Notes under the pieces: model-generated
Told to the model about the DNA's origin: nothing
Databases searched by the model: none
What the model saw: the letters and a program-made list of their open reading frames with translations, nothing else
Translations under genes and position numbers: made by a program
Assembly (NCBI GenBank): GCA_964016885.1
Contig: OZ024746.1
Location: 12,896,001 to 12,960,000, forward strand
Reading direction: 5' to 3'
DNA: 64,000 nt
From: Eledone cirrhosa
Lineage: Eukaryota
In this document: in pieces, positions 13,032 to 24,860 of the stretch
Numbering within the stretch: the stretch's first letter is position 1
Layout of the letters: the number at the start of each line of letters is the position of its first letter

Positions 13032-13088
<57 letters not shown>

Positions 13089-13229
13089 GTATATCTCTAA
13101 TGACTTGATTTTTTATATATATATATATGTACGTATGGATTCACCGAACATTTATTATAATGCTCGGTGTGTTTGTAAACAAACATCCCGTATTAAGCCG
13201 TAGTGTCTAGCAACCATCGTTGCTCGTTT

Positions 13230-13316
13230 GTTCAACACTGACAAAGGAACGCTGTACTAGTTTCAAGCTTATTAGCTATCGTCAGCAACGTATACCTTCC
13301 TGCCAGATTGTTGAAC
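13230..13316 (-). ncRNA. Type I hammerhead ribozyme with long extended stem I
   Basis: Minus strand: GTTCAACA ATCTGGCAGGAAGG TAT ACGTTG CTGACGA TAGCTAATAAGCTT GAAA CTAG TA/CAGCGT T CCTTTGTCAG TGTTGAAC. Confidence 0.8.
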
Positions 13317-13731
13317 GTATATACTTACCTTATGCATATTAACAGCTGAGTAGCCCAATTTGCATATCGAGTGGGTTAATCGGCCGGGTGCACTGAAAAC
13401 GATAAACGTTTCTCTGGCGACGAGCTCAAGGCACAATCGATGTAATGATCGAACCTGACTCCGAAAATCGCAAAGTCCTCAGATACGTCTTGATTCTACG
13501 AAGCAGATTTTCCTATTTACCGCATACGGACGCTTTAAGCATCCAACACCGATTATATATATATATATATATTTGATATATCTCATATGAAATAATACAG
13601 CCAATTTTCCACACAATACAATTAGTTAGCACCCCGAACGTTTAATTAGGAATATACTCACTTATTTCCTAATGTTTGTTGAGTGAGTTGGGATTTGGCC
13701 GGAGTATCGCTATTAGCTTTCTCCGATAATG

Positions 13732-13776
<45 letters not shown>

Positions 13777-14689
13777 TCAGGTTATCAATAATGTAGTGAT
13801 AATATATCGTTACGTTAGAGATGAACAGCGTACGTGCAGGTTTGCTCAACGAGTATAAATTATATTCCGGAGAAAATGTAGAAAGGATGAATATAAAATG
13901 AAAGTGCTTTTTTTAAAAAGGAATTTATTAGGTATTGACATATGTTTCTGTAACAGACGGAATACCTATGTATCGCTGCTTGCGTAATCATATAATGTTA
14001 GCAAGTATTCGATAGCAAATGTATAATCAGTTGTCACTTCTTCAGAGATTTTGGATAAATTGGATAAAATCAGAAAAATTGAAGTATTTATATTAGTAAT
14101 AGAGGAAGAAAAAGAGGGGATAGTATATGACAGATGGTAAATCAATTTACTGCTAAACAAGTATATAATGGGTTTCTAATGAGAATACCATGAGTAAATG
14201 GTTCATTTTATCTAAATATGAATTTTTGGGAGTGCCAATTTTAATATCTACTTGACCAATTGGACAGTGGACAGGACTGGTCATTTGGTGTAGTAGTATT
14301 AATTATAAAGTGTCAATTGGGGAAGGGGGAGATTTCGATTGCTACTGAATAACATCAATCTTAGTAGCCAGCTGGTATATGCATTAGGGAATTGAATCAA
14401 GAAATCAGAAATCTCATTTTATCTATAGCAGTTTATATTAAAAGGTAAATAATAGAAGAGTTGATAGAATTAAGACTAATAAAGAATGTTAATATCTATT
14501 TTGACAATCAAACGGAGATAGAGACAGGCGTTCAATCCTGGTAGTATTTATAATATGAAAATGTAGATTTTAAGCGATGGTTACAGTATAACGATCGCTC
14601 TATTCTGTTATTTAATAAAATGTTTTTGGATTTCATAATACAAAATAATTCTACATTACATAATTTACAATATTCCTGTCCATGGGATT

Positions 14690-14915
14690 ATATGGGGGGG
14701 GGGGGGGGGGCAGCTGCTATTATATCCCATTTTAGGTGAAATTGTTGGTTATTTTCACGCAGCTGCCAAGCCTTGTCTGCGAGTGTTGTTACATAACGCT
14801 GGTTTTCATGTTTTATCGAGTAACGATGTCTATAAAGGCGTGATTTGAAGGAGGTGGCTGTAGATCCCACATAGTACCACTTCTGTCTATCCGATTCGAT
14901 AGTACATTTGTATAC
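14690..14915 (-). mobile_element. PLE GIY-YIG endonuclease fragment
   Basis: YKCTI...YYVGSTATSFKSRLYRHRYSIKH...TTLADKAWQLR...LKWDIIAAAP is a GIY-YIG pattern typical of PLEs (Naiad-like). Confidence 0.78.
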
Positions 14916-15367
14916 GTGTATATATATATATATATATACGTGTATATACCTATATATATATATATATATAGGTATTTTATATGTCACCCTATTGTTCACT
15001 AAAGGCTTTTTCAAGTTGATTGAGACCCTCTATCGGAATATAGCTACAAGCTGAAGGGAAATAACTCGTGCAAGGCATATTTGTTTGAAGATATGTACAT
15101 GTGTTTATGTTCTTTCAAAATTCTTCTGATCTTTTTTTCTGGATGTGGTTGTTGCCATTGAAGGCAAGAATCGGGGGGAAAGCTGTTATTTGTTATTCTG
15201 TTATTCCAGAATTTTGCGTTACCCTTGTGTTTCCACACCAATATTTTGCCCAGAAAATTCCACAAAGATTTGAGTTAATTCCCTTAGTTCAACTTTGTTC
15301 TTTGTTTTCGTTTCGTTTTATGTTTTAACTATTTCATTTTCTTCCTTCCTCCTCCCTCTTTTTTTTT

Positions 15368-15420
15368 CTTCTTCTTCTTCTTCTTCTTCTTCTTCTTCTT
15401 CTTCTTCTTCTTCTTCTTCT
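15368..15420. repeat. (TTC)n microsatellite
   Basis: Direct reading. Confidence 0.95.
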
Positions 15421-16119
15421 CCGCTCTCTTATTCCGTGGAGGGTCATGGGGGCAGAGTCCTCAAACACACCCCCCAGCGGGTTCTGTCAGAAGCAATCGT
15501 CTCCAACTGATCCGGCTGGATTTTCAAGCGAGACCAGCCAAGCTCATGGATCTTATCCAACCATGTGGCTCAGGGTTTACCCCTGGGTCTCCAGCCGGTT
15601 GCATATCACGAGACCCCACTTTGGGGTCTAGGGATACGCAGCCTCCCGGAAAAACAAAAACAAAGGGAAAAAACAAAAAAAAAAAAACGTAATGCGAATG
15701 AAGTTGATGGTTGAGCTCCCTAATTCTATTTTATTCTTATCTTTAATTTACGCCCAAAGGAAATCTTCCAGTACGCGGTGTAGCTTGATAGCCGTTCGGT
15801 TGGAGTGCTGCAGCTGCGTGGGAGGGAGAGAAGAGAGGGGGAAAAGTATCGAACCTCAATCATTGACTTTTCCTTTTAGTCAAGCATTGCCCACTATAAC
15901 AATATATTTATTTATTTTATTTATTTATTCAATTTTTTCATTCTTTGCTTTCCCCTCCTCCTCGCCCCGCCACCCCCGCCTTTATATTTGATTTTACTTG
16001 CTCTCTTTCATTCGGTCATGCATTTAGATATCTAATTTTCTAAAGAAAAACATTTTCTTTGTGAGGGTTTTTTCCTCTTTTTAAGGTCTATACATCTTTT
16101 CTCTTCGTTCTCTCCCTTT

Positions 16120-17600
16120 ATAGATCCCATTCAAGTCTGAAGTGGTAAACGTTAGCTACGATGAGGCCGTATTCAGCATTAATCCCATCTTGCCCGAAGC
16201 TTGGCTAACGTTCAAAGACGCCACCTGCATTTTCAGCTCTCCAATTTTCTCGAAAGCCATACAAGAGTGCCTTGTTGACCAAGCCCGGAGACCTGCCGAG
16301 AATGGCGGAGAAGTTGCGCCTTTTTGCCGTGCACTCGACTCAAGAGGAACAGCTTCGCCCTTCCCAAATTTTTGTCACCCTCACGCAGATTGCCTCTGTG
16401 AACTCTATGTCATCACCCGATGCTGTGTGGAACTCATCTGCAATATCGGTTTCAACAGTGCCGGCTGGCTACGGGCGAAGCTCCCTGTGAGGTTCGATGG
16501 CCTCAGCCTAGGATCCGCATTGGGTCTGGCACTGCCGGCCTACCTCTCCCCAACCTCCTCCAATCGCACCCTCATTTGTGAGGTCCTCAGCAAGAAAGCA
16601 GAACCTGACATAGTCCTAGAACTGAAGCGGGTTCTAGCCGACTGGACAGGAAAAGGACTCTCTGTCCCCTAGTATACAAATGCCCAATGTAACTGGGACG
16701 ACATCAAGTGCAGGACTACCTTCTGGCGGATCGAGTCTGTCTTGGACCAACACTACCTAGCCTGCATCCATTCCGCTTCGCAGCTAAACAGCGGTGTATG
16801 GTTCAATTTGGTGCCCTCTTCATCAGCCGGTAACCTTGTTGATGAGTGCACTCGCATCGGAGTGGTCCAACACCTCAGCCTCCCCGTATGTGATTCACAT
16901 AAATGTCGTTGTGGAGCTGTCGTCGATGAATTTGGCCTGCACCCACTGTCATGCCGCCAGAGCGCAGGCTAGTTTTTCCGACATGCCGCACTCAACAATA
17001 TAATAGGAAGGAGCCTGGGTACAGCCGGCTTCCCATTACAACTGGAGCCTGCAGAGACGGCAAGCGCCTGATTAAATTACCCTCATGGCATTCGAAGGAG
17101 GTAAATCTCTCATTTAACACACAACATGCTCTGTCAGATTTTCCTCCTCCAAGTTAGTCGCTTCGGCTACAAACCACGGTACCTGCGGCCTGCAATGCAG
17201 ACAACAGGAAGACAAGCAAATAATGGGGTTTGTCCTGCCGCTTTTTCTTTGTACAAGTAACCGTCGAGGCCTCAGGCGTCCTCGGACCCCGTACAGCCGA
17301 GCTCCCCCGTAAAATTGGAACGACAGCAGCCTGTCTGGGGAAGGAGCCCGGCGAGGTGGACGTGACCATTGTCCGCGGAAATGCCTTTGCCTAATAGTCC
17401 TTGGCCTTTCTATCTTTTTCTTCTCATTTATGGCATTTATAATCATTTCCTTTATATTCCTATACAGCCAGATCTGCCCTTCTTTACCCCCTTCTCCTTT
17501 TTTTTCATTATTTAGTTTTGTGTTTATCCTTTTTTTACTATCTTCATCATTGTATAACGTTTATTCAATAAATTCATTTTTAATTTCTCTTTAAAAAAAT
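16120..17600 (+). mobile_element. CRE-clade (RLE endonuclease) non-LTR retrotransposon 3' fragment
   Basis: AKLPVRFDGLSL, SGVWFNLVPSS, CRCG...GLHPLSC, RHAALN-like and DGKR.. RLE remnants; pyrimidine-rich 3' UTR with AATAAA. Confidence 0.75.
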
Positions 17601-18599
17601 AATTAATCAGCACATCTCAGCGGCAGACAACATAGCGGCAGAGTTATCATGAAGAATGATCTCCCTTGATTCGTAAGCGTACCAAAATTAAGTTACTACG
17701 TGACTGACGTTTTAAGCCATCAAAAAAAAACAAAAAAAACACACCCTCTCTATTATTTTCCAACGTCGGCTTCGTTGACAAATCTTACTTATTTCTAAAT
17801 TCGACTGATGATATGCGTAAATACAAAAATATCTAAATGAATATTTAAATGATACAAACATGGATGCTATATATATCAAATTTATTCCACCCCATTGAAG
17901 TTGACTTGTAAAAAATATTGTATAACCTCTGTATTTATATACAAATGTAATTAAACAGAAATATACGATTACTTTCTAGATTGAGCTATCATATCAGCGA
18001 CTACGTTCACACTCAGTTGACATACATATACATACACACAGGAATTTTGTTTGTTTTTTTAGTAGTGTGCGTGTGTGAGAGAGAAATTTAATATAAACAA
18101 TCGGCCTGGTTGTCTGGTGTTCGGACACAAATAATACTAAACACCATTTGTTGCTGGTTTATATCTTTAAACTATTTTTTTTTTTAAATAATTATAGACA
18201 TTGCCCATTTTTTATTTAATTATTTTGATAGTGTAGAAAAACTATTGCCTCTACAACTATCCACGAAACCTACAAATAGAACGAGCAGTTGTATACAAAT
18301 GATATCAGTTATATACAACTCCTATCAGTTTTATATTGGCCTTAATAATATTGGCGGGAACATTTTCGTGAACTTTTATTCTAAAATATAGTTAACAATT
18401 AGAAAGTATATACTAAAGAAAATAAATATTTTATATTTTATTGAAAATGTCTTCTCTTGATTGTCAATATAGGATAAGTTCTCCACTAGTAAATTATTGC
18501 CGCAGATTTAGTGGGTACTAAAATAACGAATTTTAACAGAAATTACATTTTTCAGCTCGCGATTTGCGGTCGGATGGTCGAAGTTATTTATGTACTGTG

Positions 18600-18915
18600 A
18601 GGGCGGTGAATTGTTAGGGCATCGAACAAAGCCTTAATGTTCGTTCTGGGTTCAAATCCCTGCGAGGTTAACTTTGCCTTTCAACCTTCTGGGGTGAGTT
18701 CCAATGAAGTACTATTCAATTTAATTACTGGCTTTGTGCTTTAAGTAGAAGTGATTATCTATGTACTATTGAGCTCGCGTCGTCAAAATTCACAAAAAAT
18801 ATTGGTTTCTTATATAGGCACAAGGCCAGCAATTTTTGGGAAGGGGAAATTCGATTAAATCGACCCCAGTGCGTGACGTACTTTATTTATCGACCCCGTA
18901 AGGATGACAGGCAAA
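18600..18915. mobile_element. Two decayed SINE copies (about 18600-18755 plus, 18805-18915 minus)
   Basis: Similarity to the main SINE consensus. Confidence 0.65.
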
Positions 18916-19259
18916 ATTCATAAAAATATTAAAAGTTGTTCATATGCATGAATTATTGAGAGTTAAAACCCACATTCTATGGGTAGAGGTAAAAACTCAA
19001 TTCGGTCACAAATGACCATGGGGTTTACACCTAGAAAGTTCTAATTTAATAATGACATATCTATTTGTAATCAACGATCTTTATCTTTAATATTCAACAG
19101 AAAAAAGAAAGAATAAGAACAATTTCTTACTTTGCATTTAATATTTGACAAAACTCGAAAGTTTTCTCTTATGGTTGATATACTACAAAATATGTTTTTA
19201 ATGGGAAAATATTTTATCACTATCCAATTTATTTTTTAAAATATAGGATGACATGGAAA

Positions 19260-20720
19260 TCGTTGACAGAAAAGGAACTCAGAAACAGATTTGCGGATAC
19301 TATTGCATCCAAATTCAGAGAACTCCCTGAGCAAACTGAGGATGTTGAAACGGAGTGGACTGTTCAGTTCGGCAGTTTCTGTTTAAGCTGTTAGATGCTG
19401 CGGGCGAAAGAGGCTTGGTGTGGTGCTGGGTGCGAGGAGAACCCTTTGGTTCAATCAAGAGGTCAAAGATGCCATCTGTACAAAGAAGGAGGCCTACAAT
19501 GTTTGGCTTGGAAATAAGTCCTCCTTCTTGCACTTGCGGTATAAGCAGGCGCGAAAAGTCGTAGCAGGGACAGTAAAGGTGTACAAAGTTAACACATGGG
19601 GAGACTTTGGGGTTAAACTGGAATCCGATCAGCAAATAAAGATTTCCTCCACTCATGCTATCAGGAACGCTTCTGGGGTTCTCCTCTCTTCAGAGAGGTG
19701 CATTCTCGCGCGGTGGAAAAAATACTTTGCTGATCTCTAAACCCGGTCACAACAGCATCAGATGTACTTGAGGTGCATCTGGGAGCGATGACTAACCTCT
19801 CGGAGGCTGAAGTCACAAGAGCAATTAAAGAGCTCAAATGTCGCAAGGCTGTTGGAGAGGATGAAATTCATCTTGAGATATTAAAAGCTTTAAATAGAAA
19901 AGGTATTCTCTGGTTAACTTGTGTAGCCTGAATCATTGGAAAGGCAATCGGGAATGATAACGCCAATTTTCATAAAAGAAGACAAGAGAAATTGCTCCAA
20001 TTCTAGAGGGATCTCCTTGTTAATCTTCCCAAGTAAAGTCCATACTAAGTGTCTGGCAAAGAGATATAGGAACATTATCGAGTTCAAGCTAACAGATGAA
20101 CAGTATGGTTTTCGCTTCGGACACAGCACAGTCGACCAAATATTCACTCTTGCGGCAGGTTTTAGAGAAATCGTGGGAGTACTGCCAAAGGCGTATTCTT
20201 GCTTCGTAGACCTCGAAAATGCATATGACCGCGTTCCACGGGACATGTTGTGGAAGGTCCTGCAGGAGTATGGGATCGATGGTCAGCTTCTTGCTGCCCT
20301 GATGTCTCTTTACGAATGGCCGAGTATTTGTGTTCGGATAAATGGTGTTTAAATCGAAACCATTCAATGTGGTAGTCGGACTCTGCCATGGGTGCCTAGT
20401 CACCTTGCTTGTTCATAACCTCCGCAGACAGGGTTGACATGAGCAGTTGGGTTGTAAGTGGCATCGAGACTGGTGAGTGTAGAATCAGTTGGCTGGAATT
20501 TGCGGACGACATGATGTCACTTAACACGTTAGAAGATGATTCCCGACATGAACTTGGTGGGTTTGATGCCAAGTGCTGCTCGGCAGGAATGAAAATCAAT
20601 GCTGCGAAGTCTGAGACACTCGCCCCTCAGGGAAGCCTGCATAGTGCACGCTAGATGTGATATTTCACTGAAGCAGGTGGAGAAGTTCAAGTATCTTGGG
20701 GCCACGTTTACAAGTGTTGA
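19260..20720 (+). mobile_element. RTE-clade LINE RT fragment, decayed
   Basis: PIFIKEDKRNCSNSRGISLL, EQYGFR, STVDQIF, FVDLENAYDRVPR, LEFADD and VEKFKYLG. Confidence 0.85.
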
Positions 20721-20774
20721 AAACCAAACCAAATTGCGCGTTTCACTATTTTATCTGGCAATATTAGGACAACA

Positions 20775-20962
20775 AGGGCGGTGGATTGTCAGTATCGGTG
20801 GAGGGTCGGACGCCATGCTTTCCAGCATAGTTACGTCCCTTTACGATCTGAGTTCAAATCCCGCCGAGGTTGACTTTGCCTTTCATCCTTACGGGGTCGA
20901 TAAAATAAAGTACCAGTAATGCACTGGGTAATTGCTGGCCTTGTGCCTAAAGTAGAAACAAT
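20775..20962 (+). mobile_element. Full-length SINE with ~15 bp TSD
   Basis: Flanked by AATAT(T/G)AGGACAACA at about 20760 and 20960. Confidence 0.9.
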
Positions 20963-21299
20963 ATGAGGACAACATGACCTTCCCCTAAAGCATACAACAT
21001 TCTAGAAATTGTGACATATATAATCTTCTAAGAATTGTGATGTAATTCATATTCTAAGAATTGTGATAAGAATTATATATACGTAAGAATTGTGATAAGA
21101 GTCATTAAGCTACTCCCAGGCGTGTTGCACCAAACTACAACTTTGACTTCGATGTTTATTTAATAAAATAACATTACGAACACTAAACTATATTAAACCT
21201 GTTTTACATGTCAGGTTTCGATATCTACCGTTAAACTATATCAAATTTATTTTACATGCTGCAAGACAGTTTATAGAGAATTCATGCCTCCTTCGTCAT

Positions 21300-22360
21300 C
21301 CAATCTCCTTGTGAAGCCGGACTAGAGAAACACCTTCAACAGCGTTTTGCGGGACCACGTCCTAGATGTGTCTCAGACGAGCCCCCTTCTATTTACCCTC
21401 TCGCACAGAAGACAGAGTTATTTCCACAACGCGTATCCAGCAAGGAGACCCACTCGGCCCGCTCCTCTTTGCGCTAGCAGTTGACAACGTTGCCTGCTCG
21501 GTCCGGTCACCCTTCAACGTTTGGTACCTGGACGACGCGACCCTGGGTGGCTCGGTTGAGACGGCAGTTGAGGACCTTCGGCTAATCATCCCAGTTCTAA
21601 AGCTCCTTGGATTCGAGGTCAACCCATCCAAGTCCGAGGTGATAAACGTTAGCTACGGCGAGGCCGAAGTCCACGACGCCGTATTCACTATCCATCCTGT
21701 CTTGGCTCGATTAACGCCCGAAGACGGGTCCCCCGACATGCAGCTCTCAACGACTTATAGAGAAGGATCTTGGATGCAGCTGGCTTCCCATCACAACTGG
21801 GGCCATCGAAGACGGCAAACGCCCCGACCGAATTACCCTCTTCCCATTCTGGGACGCCACATATTGTAACACGTTCTCCGCTTCCAATTTAGTCGTTTCG
21901 GCCACAAACCCCGATGCCTGCGGCCCGTAATGCAGAGTACAGGAAGACAAATACCGGGACTTGTCCGACCGCTTCCTCTTCACACAGGTCACCGTCGAGA
22001 CTTCAGCTGTCCTCGGACACCGTACGGTCGACCGCAAAACCGGAATGTCAGCAGCTCGTCTGAGGAAGGAGCCCCGCGAGGTTGGGTGGCTGTTGCAGTG
22101 AGTGTTGCCGGCCATTGTCCACGGAAACGCCTTTGTAGTTTTGTCCGTGGATCGCAGCCCAAACACTGCCCTGCCTTAGGCTCAGAGCCCTCTCCACTTC
22201 CTCCTCCCTTTCTTCTGTGGCCCAAGAATCCTTGATTTTCCTCTCATTTGTGGCATTTATAGTTCTTTCCTCTATTTTCCTATACAGCCAAATCTGCCCT
22301 TCTTTATCCCTTCCTCCTTTTCTCATTACTTAATTTTATTTTTATCTCTTTTTTATGTAA
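21300..22360 (+). mobile_element. CRE-clade retrotransposon fragment with internal deletion (RT to RLE)
   Basis: IQQGDPLGPLLFALAV, WYLDDATLGG and VNPSKSE, then a jump to DGKRP-type RLE. The 3' UTR is similar to 17400-17530. Confidence 0.82.
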
Positions 22361-22448
22361 TCAATGTTTTAAGCCAACTTAGTGAATAATATATATATAT
22401 ATATATACGATATTAAACAAATGGAAACTATATTTATAAAACCATATT

Positions 22449-22514
22449 TATTTCATTATACATATTTCGGGGATACCATATTAAAAATATGGCATGCCTT
22501 CGTCAGATAAAATA
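22449..22514 (-). ncRNA. Minimal type I hammerhead ribozyme
   Basis: TATTTTAT CTGACGA AGGCATGCCATATTTTTAATATGGTATCCCC GAAA TATGTA TA/ATGAAATA. Confidence 0.75.
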
Positions 22515-22593
22515 CAATATATAAACAGTTTTATAAATAATTTTGACGTACCATAAATATGAGCGACCATTATGTAGGAAGTTGGTTTGGTAG

Positions 22594-22654
22594 TTTATCT
22601 GACGAAGGCATGCCATATTTTTAATATGGTATCTCCGAAATATGTATAATGAAA
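22594..22654 (+). ncRNA. Minimal type I hammerhead ribozyme
   Basis: TTTAT CTGACGA AGGCATGCCATATTTTTAATATGGTATCTCC GAAA TATGTA TA/ATGAA. Confidence 0.72.
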
Positions 22655-23019
22655 TAAATATGGTTTTATCAATATAGTTTCCATTTGTTTAATATCGTAT
22701 ATCTACTCCAAAAACTTGTCGAGTACTTTATATCAGTTATAAAATATTTACTTGTTGTAACCCAACAATTTTAAATAAAACTTTTGCATATATATATATA
22801 TATATATAGGGATTAAAATACTAGAGCGTGTTGGAGTTAAACACCCTCTTCGTATTATAGAAATGACAGTAAAAGGTATAGCTCAATGTAATTAAACAGA
22901 GCCGAAGAATTATGAAAGTAAAACAAAGAAGCCTTCAATACATCAAAAGTCTTTATTAGCCAACAATGTTATATATATATAATATATAAGAACAAAAGAT
23001 GGTTAAAGGAGTTCCATGT

Positions 23020-23088
23020 ATTTTATTATGCGCATTTCAAAAACAAATATCATCATGCAATAATATTTGTGTTTTCATCAGATAAAAC
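23020..23088 (-). ncRNA. Minimal type I hammerhead ribozyme
   Basis: GTTTTAT CTGATGA AAACACAAATATTATTGCATGATGATATTTGTTTTT GAAA TGCGCA TA/ATAAAAT; identical to 52259-52327. Confidence 0.8.
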
Positions 23089-23257
23089 AGGAGGACATGA
23101 TATGAAGGCTAAAAAACATTTGTGGATAGTTCAGTTTTAAATCAACATATCATTGTCTTAAATATTATGTATACTCCAGTCCCACAAACTGTAGAGTGCT
23201 TCTTATCCGATATCTGCATTGCTTTATTGTACTACAATAAAACTCATATATATAAAA

Positions 23258-23327
<70 letters not shown>

Positions 23328-23929
23328 CGTGTATCTTCAAATGAAAAAATATATTTTATTGATAAAAAAAATTGGACTTCCCGATTTCAGTGGTTTCTGA
23401 GAAGACATGGTGGATACTTAGCAAGTGATCAAAGCAAACCATCTGAGAACAGAGAAAATAGAGACGTCTATAAGTATGTATAATACGATGGAGTGTACTA
23501 AAGTATAACATGTGTATAAAACAAGAGTCTACACAATATAAAATACATATATTGCATACTTGTATATTTCACCACCATAACAAAGGAAATGAAGCATACT
23601 AAAGTAAAGATACAATGTCATTTCGTTTTTGGACACGTAACACTTGCAATGACTAATGTTTCCTAAAAGGAGGAGGGGTGAATAATTTGTTGGAATGATC
23701 GTATCTATTTGTGTTACATCAGTATGAGTTTTCTCAATGACTACCGATCTGGTCGGACTCGCGGTGGGGGTGGGGGTCGGGTTACGAAATACTTTGAAGT
23801 GTAAAATTAAAAAAATATCTAAAAAAAATATCTATTTTATATTTATATATTTATTTTAGTGTTTGTTGCTGTTCAATGCGTAGGTGTAGAAATAAGGTCG
23901 ACATCGTGAAGTATTATTTACTTCTCTCT

Positions 23930-24187
23930 AGGGCGGTGGATTGGCAGTATCGGTAGAGGGTCGGACAGGTCGACATCGTGAAGTATTATTTACTTCTCTC
24001 TAGGGCGGTGGATTGGCAGTATCGGTAGAGGGTCGGACGCCATGCTTTCCAGCATAGTTACGTCCCTTTACGATCTGAGTTCAAATCCCGCCGAGGTTGA
24101 CTTTGCCTTTCATCCTTACGGGGTCGATAAAATAAAGTACCAGTAATGCACTGGTAATTGCTGGCCTTGTGCCTAAAGTAAAAACAA
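23930..24187 (+). mobile_element. SINE with duplicated 5' junction and 17-18 bp TSD
   Basis: TSD is TTATTTACTTCTCTCTA; there is a 72-bp tandem duplication at 23895-24038. Confidence 0.9.
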
Positions 24188-24439
24188 TTATTTACTTCTC
24201 TCTACATTCTGAGTTCAAATCCGCCCAATGCCAACTTCGTTTTAAATTCTTGCGAATTGTTTATTCGTTGTTGTATAAATAACATGAGTTTATTTTTAAT
24301 TTCTTATGATAATAAACACACAAATACTATATACAATACTTATTTACATAAATATTTTACTTAAAATACAAAATCAAAACGAAAGAAAATATTAATTCGA
24401 CACTGTGCCAATCGGTCACACACTACAAGGGGTACCGGA

Positions 24440-24860
24440 GGCTCCCTCTAATAACTTTTGAAATAAGCCAACACATTCGCAGCATTACCGTGGGCAAGGC
24501 GCTAAAAAGAACCAACACTCCCTCGAGCATCACCTCATACTTCGGTAAGGCGAGCCGCCAACGATGTTGTCAACAGCTCCTGCAAACGTCTCGAACGCCA
24601 CAGGCTGGAAGAGATAGTTTATCGATAATTTCCGGTATTTTAAGATGTTATTCTATTCGGTTACGAAAGCCGTAACCCTCACTTTTACTACATCATCCAG
24701 GATATGGTAAGGAGCAAAAGAGTCACTAACTGTGGTGTCCAAAACAAAATATCTACTTATTACCCAGGGACAAAAGATATGACCATCTGGTCTCTTCCTG
24801 TCAAGTAGCCTGTTCCAGAATTAAAAGGATAGTTACCCGGGCCAGGTCCCGCTTAGTAAT
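24440..24860 (-). mobile_element. Highly decayed CRE-like RLE fragment
   Basis: Minus-strand translation gives PDGHIFCPW and FQPVAFETFAG, resembling the PDG and P.A.ET.G RLE motifs. Confidence 0.55.

Larger units (their letters stand above)
12698..13035. repeat. Long inverted repeat (~160 bp arms) carrying two hammerhead ribozymes
   Basis: 12698-12858 is a near-perfect reverse complement of 12875-13035. Confidence 0.95.
22403..22702. repeat. Inverted repeat with two hammerheads; diverged relative of 12698-13035
   Basis: 22403-22511 is the reverse complement of 22594-22702, with a non-palindromic spacer. Confidence 0.92.

Noticed and set aside
13390-13490. Second possible minus-strand hammerhead (CTGAGGA...GAAACG)
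   Set aside because: Stem I and the base of stem II do not pair convincingly.
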